Source: Oculina patagonica
Lineage: Eukaryota
Length of the DNA: 64,000 nucleotides
Reading direction: 5' to 3'
Assembly (NCBI RefSeq): GCF_052425735.1
Contig: NC_135759.1
Span: forward strand, 22,444,001-22,508,000
Shown one piece after another: positions 12,301 through 26,800 of this stretch. The notes beneath the pieces were generated by a model, which saw nothing but the letters and a program-made list of their open reading frames with translations, ran no database searches and had not been told where the DNA came from. The stretch's first letter is position 1; every line of letters starts with the position of its first letter. A program made the position numbers and the translations under genes.

Positions 12301-15166
12301 AAAGAAATAGCTGACTAGGCCGTTCAATCGTCTTTTCTACGCCTCCTCGTCTTAACGGAATTATCCAACATTGCCTAAAATATATTTTTTTAAACAAACT
12401 TTTGAAAACAAAACGTTCGCTTTAGGCAGGAAAATTAGAGCAGTTTTTCAAAACCCACAAATCAAATTTTACTGTTTCTAGTTCTACGATAACTTTATTT
12501 TATATTCGCTAGTTTTTAGAGTTGCACAAATTGTTGATCTAATGACCAAAATCGTCTTGTTATATCAAATTTATTCGCTGACTTAGAATTCTCCGTAAAG
12601 CCTCGTATATGCTATCATCTCATCCTCGATTAAGACAAGTTGACTTTTAATATTCTGTTATAGTTTTTACACGACAAAGTTTAATTTTCTACTTTATCAA
12701 AACCACTTTTTAGTTATGTCTACTTACGCTGTGTAAGCTTTTCTAGTACACAAGTTTGTTGTCTTAGAATTCGCGTTTAACTTTTCTTTCATGTTCTTGT
12801 ATTTTACTTTGGCGACTTGCATGGCAGTGACTTATGATATCCAGACTTAATTTGTTGTAAATGATAATTATTTGTATTTAACTGTTGTAATTGAGTTTGC
12901 TTTATTACTTAACGGTACAAATAAAGAAATAAAAACTTCAATAACAATTGCATTGTATCTTTTATTTTCTTTTGACTTACAAATAAAGTAAAAAAAATGC
13001 GCTTTTAAAAGGGGCCTGGAAACCAGTGAAAATGTAGGCTATCTCTTTTAATGCATTTTGACTATGTAGGGTTGCCAACAAGAAAAAAAATTCTGCGCTT
13101 TTGAACAGAGTCTGGCCAGAAATAAAAGATATACTTAAGATAGACTTTTAATGGGTCAAATCCGTTGCACAATGCAAGATTTTTCCCGCCAAAAGACTTA
13201 GAATATTTTTTTACTCAAAACCAGACACCAATCAAAAGCGGAGACTTTTTTTCTAGGAACAATTTTCCCGCCAAAAGACTTAGTTTTTTTTCGATAAATT
13301 TTCTTGGCTGAATCTATCCAAAACAAAATAAAATTTTCCCGCCAAAGACTTAGTAAAATTTCGACAACTGGCTTGGCCCCTTTTAAAAGCGCAATCAATT
13401 TCATTCAAAACGCCGGCTTGCAACAATTCAATCAACAACACGGAGACCTTAGCAGTTTTGTAGTAACGTATAATTAAAATCTGCTTTTCTCCTTTATTCT
13501 ACTCTCTTTGACTTTGTTGAACCTGAAAAAATAAAATAAAAGAAATCGTTAACATCATGATCGTATTTTGTTCAGACAGTATAAGTCCCTTTTTTGCCAT
13601 ATATACTTTACAAATACTTGTCTTACACGGCCTTCTTCACCTATAGATTCGTAATCGTACTGAAAGAGAAATTGGTGCATCAACGCAAAGTTCCCAAATT
13701 AAAGTTCTCCTTTTTTCTCGTCAACACCTGCCTGTTGATCATGGTAAAAGCAAAATGAGATGTTGACCAGTCTATGATCATCCTGCATGTATGTTGCCAA
13801 AATGGTGGTTGTCGAAAATATCTCCAAAACTGTTTGCTTGTATAAACATCATCGTTAGAAAACTAACAGAAATTCAGCAGAACCGAGTTGTTACGAAAAT
13901 AATTTTTAGAAAATAACATTACAGCGTTCAATATAAAGCCACCGTCTTGCTGTTATTCTTTGGGACATTAATATGGCGACCATAAATTGTACAAGAAGTT
14001 AGTAGATATTGTCAGATCTGAAAATTTTTAGATTAAGAGCGAAATAATCGTTTTCTTGGCAGTGCAGAAAAAACGTTAATTCTGGACATCGCGATCTATA
14101 TCAAATTTTCAATTTGCATTTTTTCATGTCTTAATTACGTGAAACAAATAGCTTTGTAGGATTAAAAGTTAAAATTTTACATTTTTATGAGATCAGATGA
14201 AAACCACCAAGAGAATCAATTTACATCCGACACAAAAAGGCTTGCCCAGCCTTGGACCCAAGCAAAATATATGATCATGCAAAGAGCCCCTTGAACTGTT
14301 TCCAAGAGAAATACATAAGGGAAAAAGTGCATCTACACTCACCTATTGGTATGATCCAGACATGTAAATGTATTTTCCAATCTTTTGCGAGTTGTTCCAT
14401 CTTGTAGGAAATCGAGTCGCAACTGTTGGGAAAAGCAAAATAAATCAGGAATGCGTTCTTGCTGATTACTGGAGCCGGAGAGGGCAGGGTTTAAGATTGC
14501 ACAAAATATACCCCATCTCAGATTAAAATGGCCAAAATCTATACCCTTTTTGAGACCAAAACGGCTAGAAAACAATACCCTTTTATATAGCTTATGTAAT
14601 GGAGAGTCCCCTCCCCCTAACTTAACTTACTAGCCCTTTACACATAGATATAAGAGGAACAGATGCGGCCAGAACGATCAATAATTTCGACAATTCGTTG
14701 AAAAACGTGGATGTAGGGGAACAAACACGCGAAGGAGATTTTCTTTTTATGCATATGGGGAGATCATCAAACTTCTTTTAACCAATAATTTCACGTAAAA
14801 ACAGTAAAAAATCATGACCTTCAACAGTAGTAATTTTACAGTTTTTCCTCTTTTCAAAACTGCTCCCTGGTAAGATTCCAACACCCAAGTCTAATAAAAA
14901 TTAAAAATGTGGTGGACAGATACTTCCAACAGGTCTAAACAGGCCTTAGTTTCAAGATGTACATGTTTTTCAAAATTGAAACTACACCCACCTGTTGCTA
15001 TGAAGAAACAATGCCAGTGTATTTAACTTTTTTGAGTTGTTCCGTCTTTATTGTCCGGACACTGTTGAAAAAAGGAAATAAACGTGCGCTTTCTGGCTGA
15101 TTATTTGGGGCTGGGGGGTGGGGGCGGGGGATGGGGTAGGATAGTGATTACAACACTGTTCTTTTA

Positions 15167-15587
15167 GGCTACATTTACACGGATACGGTTATCAATCGAC
15201 ACGGTTTTATGACCTCGAAACCGCATCGAAAACGACACGGTTTCGAAGTGTTTACACGGAGCCTATTTAACGATTTTCCGACTGTTTTCGAATGTGATTG
15301 TATAAGCAAGCGCTGCTCTCTATGCTTGTTTCACCATGTTTACCCTTCGCAAGCCAGCCAGTTCGTGCCAAAATACATGGCCGTTTTCAAATCGATGCGG
15401 TTTCGCCGTTTTTGACCGTTTACACGACAACGAAACCGTATCGTTTTGAAAACGCTCCACTTTTGAAAGCGTTTTCAAAACGACCCGGTTACAGTAGTGG
15501 TCTCGATCGGTGCCGTGTAAACGAAAGGCGTAACCGCATCGCTTTCAAAGCGGTTACAAATGAAACCGTGTCCGTGTAAACAGTGCC
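15167..15587 (+). mobile_element. PIF/Harbinger-like MITE
   Basis: TTA|GGCTACATTTACACGG...CCGTGTAAACAGTGCC|TTA (3-bp TSD); inverted copy at 31941-32357. Confidence 0.8.
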
Positions 15588-15930
15588 TTAGTTTCAAAAA
15601 TACGTCAACGCAGTATCCCCTAGTTCATGAATTTCTTTATTCTTATCACCTGTTTGCTTAAAAATGTACTGAAATTGTAAGGAGAAGTGATTTTTTGATC
15701 AACCAGGGGTGTTTGGAAGAAACAAACAACCTTCACAATCCTTGCTCAATTACGAAATGCTTGTGCTGTTTATTCAGAGGGGAATGTTTGCTATTATCGA
15801 TTTGAAATGAAGTAAGCTCAACTGCCCTTTCACGAAATCATGAATCATTTGAACTGTTTTGGGGAATGGTCAAACAGGGCACTCGAACAGGACACACCTG
15901 TTTCGGGGTAGAAGGGTATAAAAGACAACG

Positions 15931-16071
15931 CCTAGCCTGCGTTTTTGTCGAGGTTAACGCGCGCATGAGCAAGCGGCGAAGCCGCGAGGCGAGGATCCCG
16001 AGACCCCCTGTGGCTTCGCCGCTTGCTCGCGTACGCGTTTACCTCAACAAAACCACCAGCTTCGCAGGCTA
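15931..16071. mobile_element. Small palindromic MITE (TAGCCTGCG termini)
   Basis: ctagcctgcg...cgcaggctag with internal inverted arms; the same terminal motif occurs at 2462-2567 and 35242-35347. Confidence 0.6.
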
Positions 16072-17807
16072 GACATAGCCTATCGGATGATCTCATGAAG
16101 AAAGCTTAGTTGTCATAAAATTTGAGATGGGACCTTAATATGTTGTTTCCATGACGCTTAGACAGTTCTAACAACAACGGCATAGAGAGGTTTGAATCTT
16201 GTATTAGTTTTTACTCCCTGTAGGGTGGGGCCATACAAGCACGGGGTGGAGGGGGGGGGGGGGGGTTATGAAAGAGGCCATATGACTCTTTCCACGGTAT
16301 GTGACTAACTCACAGTATATGACGTCAACGTGCCAGAAAGCCATACAATGAACATGCTTTAGAAGTAAGTAAAATAAGTTATATCCATTATAAAATATTC
16401 ATAGTAAAATAATAAATAATAAATATTCATAGGTAAAATAATTAATATTTATAGTAATATGTAATGCTCTTCTCTGCCATTTTGTCGCGTCGATGTTGGA
16501 TAATAACATGACACTCAAATAAGCTCCTGTGCCCACAAACCTAACTTATAAACGAATTGACGAAAAACAAGATTAGCATTCAGGTTTCTTACCTGAACGT
16601 CAACAGCAGCCATCCACACGACATATTCAATTGCTTGCTGTATATTTGTGGCGGTCCAGAGTATTTGATTGTCATTTGTTGGCGTAACTTTCCTCAAGTT
16701 TCTCCCTCTGTTAACTGCATTTCACAGTAGAGCGTCAAGCATTTCTTGTTTCCATGTTATATATAACTTGCTCAAATTTACCAATTCCAGGTGCAACTGG
16801 ACGCTTTCTGATGACATCGGCGACTGTTTCAGCACAACGTGGCTTGACGAAGGCAAAGTTTCACACGTACAGTAATTTTTGAATACATTTGTCTGTACGT
16901 TGTTTAAGGCGCATGCGATTGGCTTAATGCTAATCAATGGCAAATCACAGCTCTAGTTCATTTAAATTCCTTAACAGAAAAAGAAAGGAAAGTTGAAAGA
17001 CGCAAAGAAAATCAAAAAGAGGAAAAGAAAAAAACCGGAAACTAATTTGGAAGACAAACAAACGAACAAACAAACAGTACAGAAATACCAGCACATAGAC
17101 AAAAGCAACATACTGTGGAGTTTTTCCTCGTAAAATAAGAAATTTTCGCACTGATGTCGCAAGATAGCGCCGCTTAATTAACTATGAGTAGGAAAAGATA
17201 AGGACGACTTTGGTCTCGTATCATTTTTATTTTTTACAATTTATTCCAAATGACATTTCCGACAAAGTGGCAAATGGCATTTTTGACATAATTTATCTCT
17301 AATATACACAGAGTTGTAAAAGACGACAGGGGATAATATTATGAGGTACAGTCTTTCGAGATGTTCAATGTTCTATACCTTTCCTGAGTAGACGAACTGC
17401 TTTCAGGTTAACGCGATTATCTGCCAGCACAAACAAGTAGTCAGTCCTCCATAGGAAGTCTTGTATCAATATCGTTTTCGTATCAGAGAGAATTAGCTGT
17501 AGTTTGAAGAGAAAAATGCCTTCAAAAGAAAAGGAGAAGCAACCTGGCAGACTGATCTCCAAGATGATATTGTTCTTTACGACAGTTCTGTGGTATTCCG
17601 CAAGAAACTTTTTCCATATCTTGAGCTCTTTTCGTGTCACTTGTAAACCTCGGTTGTGAGGTTAGCTAAGTCAAAGATAAGCTCGCCGATTCTGACCAAT
17701 CACTTTCTTTGTTTGTGTGAGGATTGGGACAAGGAGCTTGTGATAATCCTCCCAGACTTCTTCACAGTCAGGCCATACGAGGAAGATAGAGGTATGGTGA
17801 TGACCTG

Positions 17808-20800
17808 TTAACCTTTCTTACCTTTTGCATGTCCCTGGAAGGAAAAGATTCGTTCAGTTAAAACATTCAGTTTCTCTGCAATAAATGGGTAGTGACTCCA
17901 AAAAAGGTTAGAAATTTAGATTAAAAGACATCAGTTATCACCCACAGGAAATTTTGTCCGTGTTCAGACTTCAGCGGACGGTGGTACTTAAATAAATAAT
18001 ATAACCTTTATTTAGACACGGTAAGAATTAAAGCTATAAGCTTGTGAGACCGTGTATTCCCGATCGCATTGGAATTTGACAGTGTTGTTTTTTTTTTTGT
18101 GGAAGGACGAAAATCGGAGAACCATGAGAAAAACCCTAGGAGCAAGGAAGAGAACCAACAACCAATTCAACCCACATATGATGCCGAGTCCGGGAATCGG
18201 ACCCGGGCCACATTGGTGAGAGGCGAGCGCTCTCACCACTGCGCCATCCCTGCTCCCCATAACCACTTAACATGTGGAGTACTAACATGACACAGTTCAG
18301 ATACGTCACCCAGTCCCATCATCCTCCAAATGTGACGTAGTCAAAGAGGACTATGGACAAGCTTGTTACTTAACTGTATCGCACCTGCTTTTTGCGTTGT
18401 GCCAGTTCTATAAGTTTTTTTTGTTATATTTTTGTTATATTATTGTATTGTATTGTATTGTATCCCAAGATTCTCACTCTATTGTTTGCAGACCAGTGCC
18501 CAGTTGTTCAAAGGGTGGATAACGCTATCCACCGGATAAATCAGTCGTTTATCCAGTGGATAAGTGTTAACAAAACATACAACCCTATCCACCGGATAGT
18601 GATTTATCCGTTGGATAGCGTTATCCACGTTTTAGAGAGCTGGGGCCTGTGCTAGTGGTTGAGGGTATATTTTCTTAAAAATCACTGTCTCTTCATCATG
18701 CTCAATACAACTGGCGAGTATTCCACAGAAAAACACTGCGTAAAAATATAGCCTTGATAATAAGACAAGGAGACAAGGGTATCCATACCTTACTTCCCTT
18801 ATGCTGATGTTTTTGATATTTAAAACTCTTCAAGGGATCCATCTTACGTTTCTGAAGATGAAAAATTAAGGTCAAATCTAAAATGACACAAGCGGCCTTG
18901 GTAAAATACAAAGGCACATTTACAAAGGCACATTCTTTAAATCACAGTTTTCTAAGCGCTTTCGTGGTTAACGGATAGAGGGACAGTTAGTACTTTCAGC
19001 AACACATATCAATCCTTTTTTAACAGACATAAACGAGGGTATAGAAAATCACTAAACAGGGGGACAGCATCTTGACGTTAGCAAGAAGTGATTATATATG
19101 GCAGTCAAAAAGGAGTTAAGATAGGAGTCAGATAGCTTAGAGGCGTCAGTCCTTTACGAGGGACTTGACAGTAGGTTCACGAACATGCATGAAGATAAGC
19201 TAAGCAACTTATCAGTGTTAGATGGAATGATAAGGGGGTTTCCTTGTTTCCATTCATTGGGGGCAGTTGATCTACAGTTAATTAAACAATTCTTTTAGCA
19301 AAGCAAAATTACACATAAATGTAAGCGACTGACCTTGCCGCCGTGTGTACCATGAGCGTTCTTTTGTGATGACATGTGAGGACGTCTTCTTTTCCGTGAA
19401 GATTTCGCCATAGAAGGCCGAAGAGTCGGAGGAACTGAAATGTAACAAAGAGAAATGGCAACTGAATTACAGTCGTTGAAAAAAGAGCCCGAGGATCAAC
19501 AGAGCCCGCGTTATTCCGCAGAGCGGTTGCTAAGCAACATGACGCAAGCTGACGTGGTACGAAATAACTTACCGAGGTATTCAGGGACATTTTTCAAATG
19601 AGGTTGGATTCTTGTGGGATGAAGATCTTTATCATGTCTGAGTACCTGAAGGTCTCTGGGATTATCTTCAAAATATGCCTTAAAAAAGAAAAATTTACAA
19701 CATCAAAAGCCCGTTAAATACTCAAATAATGAAAAAAATATATCGTGAAGGAAATTTTGTTGTCGCCAACTTGAAAAAAAGCTTATACCTCAAGGGATCG
19801 TTCGTTACTTCGTTGAACATGTAACCAGTGAAAAACTTAAGCTTTTTATGCTAAACTTGGTGGACCATTTAGATTGGTTCTGATTGGTTAATTATTTTAT
19901 TTGGACATTGTAATTGACCAGGGGGGGTGTGATTATTTTGGTTTCGATTTAAAGACGGCCATTAGTAAACCATTTTAAGAGGCAACACCCACAAGCATTT
20001 ATTGCCATTCCTATAAAAGACACTATGGTCCCTTGCATAGTGCTACTCCAGTGGCTGGTCTTCTATCATTGCTATCATTTCTTTTATTTTTTTCATACTT
20101 TCCTTTCCATTGTTGTTACGTATTTAATAAAATAATCCAACCCCACAACTCATAGGAGTGCCAGAAAGGTGTGTTTGAATGTTAGGCTGTCAACAAACAA
20201 GACAGAGACTCACCTTTAATTTCTCTGAATTTAATATTTCTGACTTGATTTCTTTGAGTCGTGCCTCTTTAACTGAAGGAAGCAAAAACAGATAGAAAGT
20301 AATAATTTCACAAGAAATCGTCATAACCAACATTAAATGTGTCTTGGAACCAATTAAAATACTACTTGCTAGTGTGTGTTTTCTGACTTAACAATTTGGA
20401 CTCTGTCAATGTTTGACAAAGGTGGTGACCTAACTAACTCTTGACAGAGCAGTCCGGGTTCAAATCCTGGACAGGGTCATAGTGCTATGTCCTTGGGCAA
20501 GAGAAAAGACCTCTCTCCACCCAAGTGTATAAATTGGTACCTGCAAATTAAGTGCTTGCCTGCGATGCACTTACATCATGATACCTTCTGAGAGGAGGGG
20601 GTGGGGGATAGAAATACTCTCTGCCGCTTCATGGTTAATGGTTCAATATATGGCAGTGTTTCATCGGGTTATCCATACACTGAGAAGAGAGTTGAAAATA
20701 CGACGCACAGCGGAGTAGTTTTGACCAAATTCGAGGTGTTTGATATATCTTCTCAATAAAAAAAAAAAAACCCAACGGAGTGAATGGAGAAATAAAATCA

Positions 20801-23800
20801 GAAAAATCTATGCTAATTAAGGCCAGGTATCCAAACCTCCTCTACGTTTATGTTTTTCTTTGTTTTAACTTGATGAATTATCAATGAAATTGAGAAGTTT
20901 GAACACAGACTTTACCACTGTTTCAACCCAACTCACAACAATCAAAGACAGGATTGCCTTGAGGAAAAGGAAAAGTGAGGAAAAGTGTTGACTTAAGGTA
21001 CCAATTTCTTTTACCGTAAACACCCGCGTATAAGCCGCACCCGCAGATAAGCCGCACCCCGAGATTAACAACTCAAATGTTGGAAAAAAGTTTTTTGAAA
21101 GTAAATCAAAGAAAATCCAAAGTCGAGTCAAAAATCCAAAGTTGAGTCTTTAGGAAGTCTTCTTCATCGAACGTAAACTCAATGAACATTGAAACAGAAA
21201 ATACTTCAGTCTTACCCACAATTTGAGCTCTTTAATATAATGAAAACCAACTTTGACATATTATGGGTGATCTTTTTCTGGCATTTGTTGACAGGTATTT
21301 CTTCATTCAACGCAATTTTTCCATAGATTTTTGTGTCACAACAACAAGAACTTGCGTTTGCAGAACTGTCGTAGCTTAGTAACCAGGCATTTGATCGGAC
21401 GCGAAATATGGGACTAGGGCGAGAAAGCAAAACAAGATGGCGATGGAGGCGTTCGGTTTCGTGGCTATCATATCGACAAATTAAAGAGATTTGGGAGACA
21501 TCTATTGGAGATAAACTTGTTGCATAAAGAGAGTTTCGTAATCAGTTCAACAAATTTTCCATCAAAGTGCAAAATGAGAAAGAAACAATTGGCCATCTTA
21601 CTCGTGAATACTCGTGGTATTTTCTCGCTCGTAAAAGTATCAATATTACTGTTAAAGTTATAGGCCATTGTCGACACTGCAAACAGTATAGGAGCTGTCA
21701 AACTTGCAAAAGCAATGACCGGTACTCTCTTGTAGTTTTATGTTATATTTATTTACATAATTTTCCATAAATTAGCATCAGTTAACGAATGTTAATGAAT
21801 GTTCCCGCAGATAAGCCGCACCCCCGCTTTCGAGCGAATATTTTTGGAAAAAAGGTGCGGCTTATCTGCGGGTTTTTACGGTACTCACCTGCTGATTTTG
21901 TTACAGCTCTGAGTGCATCCTAATAAAGAAGATTTATTTACAAAGAATTAAAAAAACCCTGAAACATCACAACAACTAGAGCACTATAAGCAACTGACAG
22001 TTGAGAAAAAATATTTGGGAAGACTAAACCAAGTGTCTTCCTGGACAAAGCTATTTCTCCAGCGTTTTTACGAAGGTCTGTCAAAACTGGCAATATTTTG
22101 CTTTCCTGATTGTGAAGCAAGCATGCCAATAAAATAGCAGATTAAGTCAGAACATATCAGGAAATAACAGTTTTAAAGAGATTCATTTTGTAGCTTGACA
22201 GAAAGGACATAAAGTGAGCAAGATTACTAGCAAGTAACAAGAGAATAATTTATTATGTCATATTTCATTTACCTGTGCTCGATATCTGAATCCTTCAATC
22301 TCTTCCATTCTAAACTGATAAGGCTTAAAAATCTCTTTTCTCTCTCCTACAACATGTAAAAGTACCAGTAAACTTATTAGTGAGTCTTGTATTAATGTAA
22401 TAAGATCATATTATTAGAATTTTATTTAATTTTTAAATTTAGTGCAAGGCTGGAATTCTTCATTCGGGTTGTATACAGAACCTGATGCCTAAATGTTAAA
22501 AAGATCTTTTATGCCAAGAAGTGATGATGTTTCATGTACCTGTAAACTCTTTAGTTAGTTCTTCTTCAGCCTGTTGTAGTATTTTGTTATCACTTACAGT
22601 CACAAACGACAAGGCAGTACCCACATTATCACCACGGGCCGTTCTAGGCAAACAACAAAAAGCTAAGCATAAGTAACACTTGAAACAGTTAGTTTAGCAC
22701 AAGTTTTCAAGTTCCACATCACTTGCTTTTACTTTATGTCACTTTTCATTCAGGGATACTGGAAATTCATTTGAAAGACCTTTGATTCACTGGCATCCAA
22801 ACCAGGGAAAATGTAGTCATTAATATTTTTTTCTTTATCTAGTCGTTGTTTACAGTGCATCGATTTCAGTATGTGATGCAAACTGTTTAGAAGGAGAAAA
22901 GTACAGTTGATGGGATTGAACTCATGAAAGAGACAGAAACTGCCATTAGAGTCAGCATTGCTTGGAGGAAGAGCACCAGAGGTCCTAGTCTCCATAAGGA
23001 AAGGAACAACTCATGAATATGAAACTTTAGTATACCATTAATGATCCAATAAACACCTGGGGCGTCTATTAAATTTTAGGGCTCCTACAGGGGTTTTTAA
23101 TTGATATAAGGCATTTATTAGAGAGGGGCGTTTATTTCACTTTAACTGTAACAACAACGTCGACAAAACAAATAGGATGCCTAGTTTGCTAGAGTACGTT
23201 TGAGTAAGTAGAAGACTACCGGTAATCTAATCTCCTCTCATGCAAAGCTTAGCTGAGATGTTCTTCATAGTTCGATTTCCATGTTTTCATCTTCATCGGG
23301 GTTGTTCGCCTCTTCCATGTCCGAGTCAAGCAGGAAACTAACTATATTGAGTGATTTTACTCTATGGAGCATTTCCTACATTTTTGAGGCGATTCTTGGA
23401 AGGGGCGTCTATTAGAAACAGTGGGTTTATTTAAGAGGGGGTCATTTAATACAAACTTCACTTGTCAAGGGGGCGTAACAGCGCATATACAGATAAGATG
23501 GCGAACTTGTACCTTCCTACTCTGTGAATATATGCATCCACAGCTGCAGGGAAGTCAAAATTTATAACATTTTCAACTCCTGTAAAAGCAAAAGAACAAA
23601 AACCCATTAAACCCATTTTGCATAACCATTTAATTTTCCAGATTGATAAAAGTCTAGTCCCTCCTTTCAATATCAATTTATTATAGTTATCAAGTAGACA
23701 GGTGACAAGAAAGAGCTGTGCTCTAACAGAGCCCGGGTGCCACAGACGACTTACTTTTGTCTCTGGGCGACTTTGCTATCATAAAAGCTTCTGAGAGATG

Positions 23801-26800
23801 GGCACCCAAGATTTCTTAAATAAGAGCCTTTGGGCACCCTGTAATTATTCTTAAGGGCACAGCTTTGCAAGAGTAGAAATTCAAATCACCAACTGGAGAT
23901 AGGGGAACTAATATTTTGAAGCGGGAACTAAGGATTACTGTTGTATGCTTTTGTTTCACATGGGCAAAGCATGCCATTATTGACATATCAAGCTGAACAC
24001 CTCATTGTAACTTGATTGTACTTAAACAATGCAAAACTCTTTCTAGAGATGCACCTTGAAAATCTACTCCTCTTGATACTCCATACTCTTTGTCTTTCTT
24101 TCTCCTATGCAAAAAGGAAACATAATAAAAGTAACTGTAGTAATATTGTTTCCTTTACACTGGCTTTCCTCCACAAAAGAAATCCAGTAAGCATAAAATG
24201 TAGTAATGGATTTATTAATTTTTAGTGTTTCTTCATCAATGCTTCCTTTACTAAAAATGTTAGCAATGCACCATTTCTTAGGAATCACACAATACTTACT
24301 TTTTCTTTTTCTTTACATTTGCTATTTAACATGAAAGTTAAGAAAAACACCAAACATACATTTGAAAATTATTATTAAATTATTAGTTGTGAGTAAAACC
24401 ACTGTTATATGAAACCAGAAAAAGAAAACACTTTACATGATATACATGTACCTTTAGTTACTAAGTATACTGAAAAACATGCCAAATATTGATCAAAGAA
24501 CCCTAGGCTTGAAAAAATAATATTCTTACAATAAAACAAGTTCCGGTAACTAATGTTGCACTTACACTAGAATCAATAAAGCACAGTTGTTAAAGTAGCA
24601 ATATTTACAGCAGGACATAATTATGTTTATAAAGGATACTGGATGATGTGGCTACAGCATCAAACACACTTTCATCAGATGCTATGATGTAGTCATAGAT
24701 GTCTCTGTTAAATTCTTCTACTATATGTAATCTGAAAGTGTCAAAACATTACAACATTACAAGCAGCACAGCCCAGAACACATCCTTCTAAACAACACCA
24801 TCTATAAAAACACTGATGTGAGCAAGGTAAAATGACCTTTTACTTTGTGGATTGAGCACAGGTTATTCTGAATGGTGTTTGGTTGGTTTGTGGTGAGCAC
24901 GGGGCAAAGAAAAACTTCTTTTTACTCTAACTTACTAAGCTAAACAAATTATTACAAAACTTACACAGTACATTCAGTCATATCACAAGTGCATGCCAAA
25001 AAAACCTCCAAGTTACCTTGAATTGTGTGGTAATTCAGAATTTAATACGCAGGATTTGATTGAAAACTGCTCAAGAAAGAGTTTAAGCCTGCAAAAACAA
25101 AACAACATTCAATTTGACAGCACTTTTTGACATAAAAATAGTCTTAATCCTTAGGTAATAATTTACAAGTAAACCTCAAAGATTCCAGTCCAAAAATAAA
25201 CTAACCATGAATTGAATGGATATTTCATGAACTGATTTATTGTCTTTCTACATGTATACATACTACTGTATTCATAGAAAGTTGTAAAGTTCTGGGGTAT
25301 CCTTGCAAAATGTACACATACATTTTAAACTGCAGGATATCAAGTTCTTGGGAGACTCTTCTCACAACAAAGCCATGTGGCAGACTGGCTTGCTCAGTTG
25401 GTAGAGCGCCAGATTGATGTGCAGTAGGTCTCAAGTTCAACTCCCAGACCGGACTAACACTCAGGGTCTTAAAATATTTGAGGAGAACATGCAGCCTTTG
25501 CAATGACATCTGCAAATGGTTCGATGTTGTAGTCTTCTTGAATAAGGACAATAAACCGTAGGCCCTGTACTCCTGCATCTTCAGTGTTATGGTCAGCAGG
25601 GGACGTTAAAGAACCCAAGCATTTATCGCAAAGAGTAATGCATGGAGTTCCCGGTGTTTTGGTCTGGCCAATTCACATGAATCCATAGGTTGGGTGGTGG
25701 GATGAGTAAGGTGCCTGATTTGCTGATGCCCGATCTTGTCCCGTAACTCTGACTGTGAAGTCCATTGAGCTTTGTAAATTTGCTATACAAGAACCGTTAC
25801 CATGACTTGTGGTAACTTGTGCAGTGCAGTGCAGTGTCAGAATAGCAGTGTGGTCACTGGTGCAGTGCAGTATAGTACAATTAACAACAGTATTTACCTG
25901 TAACACCTGTCAATACCATTGACAAACAGAATAGTTTTCCCTTGAACAAGTCTATGAATACAAACACAACAACAAATCCATGTTGAGTTAGTCCTGTATT
26001 ATTTGTACAAAAGAAAAACCACTTTATGACAAGACAACAAAGCCATTCATACCTTAACTTGAAAAGAGTGTATATCAAAAGGAACTTTTCCTCCATTTCA
26101 CATCTGAAAAACAACATTTGATATACATTTTACATAAAACAATTGCAAAATTATTTCCTAAGAAGCAAACAGACATGCATAAATAATATACCGGTAAGTA
26201 AAAACTGCATATTTACTTTTACAATGCTGTTTTAAAGTTTTTTATTGATTTTTGACTTGACATCTTTTTCACAACTTTCTTACGACTTTCATTTGAACTG
26301 GCCAATAAAAGTGCAAGAACTGTGAGAGGCTGGGTTTTCAAGTTCCGCATTCGGTCTACAACAACTGTCAACTCCGTCTCCCTCACTTCTCGCATTTTTA
26401 TTGTTCAGTTAAAACAGAAGCCATCAGAAAATTGCCAAAGAGATGTCAAAAAGTTGTCAACAATTCATCTATGTGATCCGTAAGATTAGCAGTCTGAATC
26501 TTAGATATCTCTCTTGTCGTCAACATCATTGACATTGTTCTTGTCACCATTGTTGTCATCATCATCATCATCACCATTTTTGCAGGCTCCTTATGATCAT
26601 GCTGTCTCAAATAAAATTTACATTAAGAAGTGCAAAGCTTTACACCTTTCAACATACTTTATAAAATACTGTGTTAGTTTGTCATCGGATGGAAGTTGTG
26701 ACTCTTGCAACTTGAGGATAACCTGTACAACACATCAGAAAATTAGATATCAGTAGTAGTAAAAAATTGACATCTAAAAAGGTACACATAAACAATTTAT

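Noticed and set aside
18702-18788. Read-through C-terminus of DDX56 (VWIPLSPCL...)
   Set aside because: The AAG|gtatgg donor and a downstream exon giving GHAKGKKG* fit the basic tail better; not excluded without cDNA
21468-21770. ORFs repeated at 33618-33952 (also the pairs 1380/34068, 2497/35279, 15209/32114)
   Set aside because: Products of repeated non-autonomous elements; no transposase or RepHel motifs
25385-25450. tRNA gene (also 6475-6545, 18190-18258, 28840-28905)
   Set aside because: No intact cloverleaf or acceptor stem; continues into a SINE body or is degenerate
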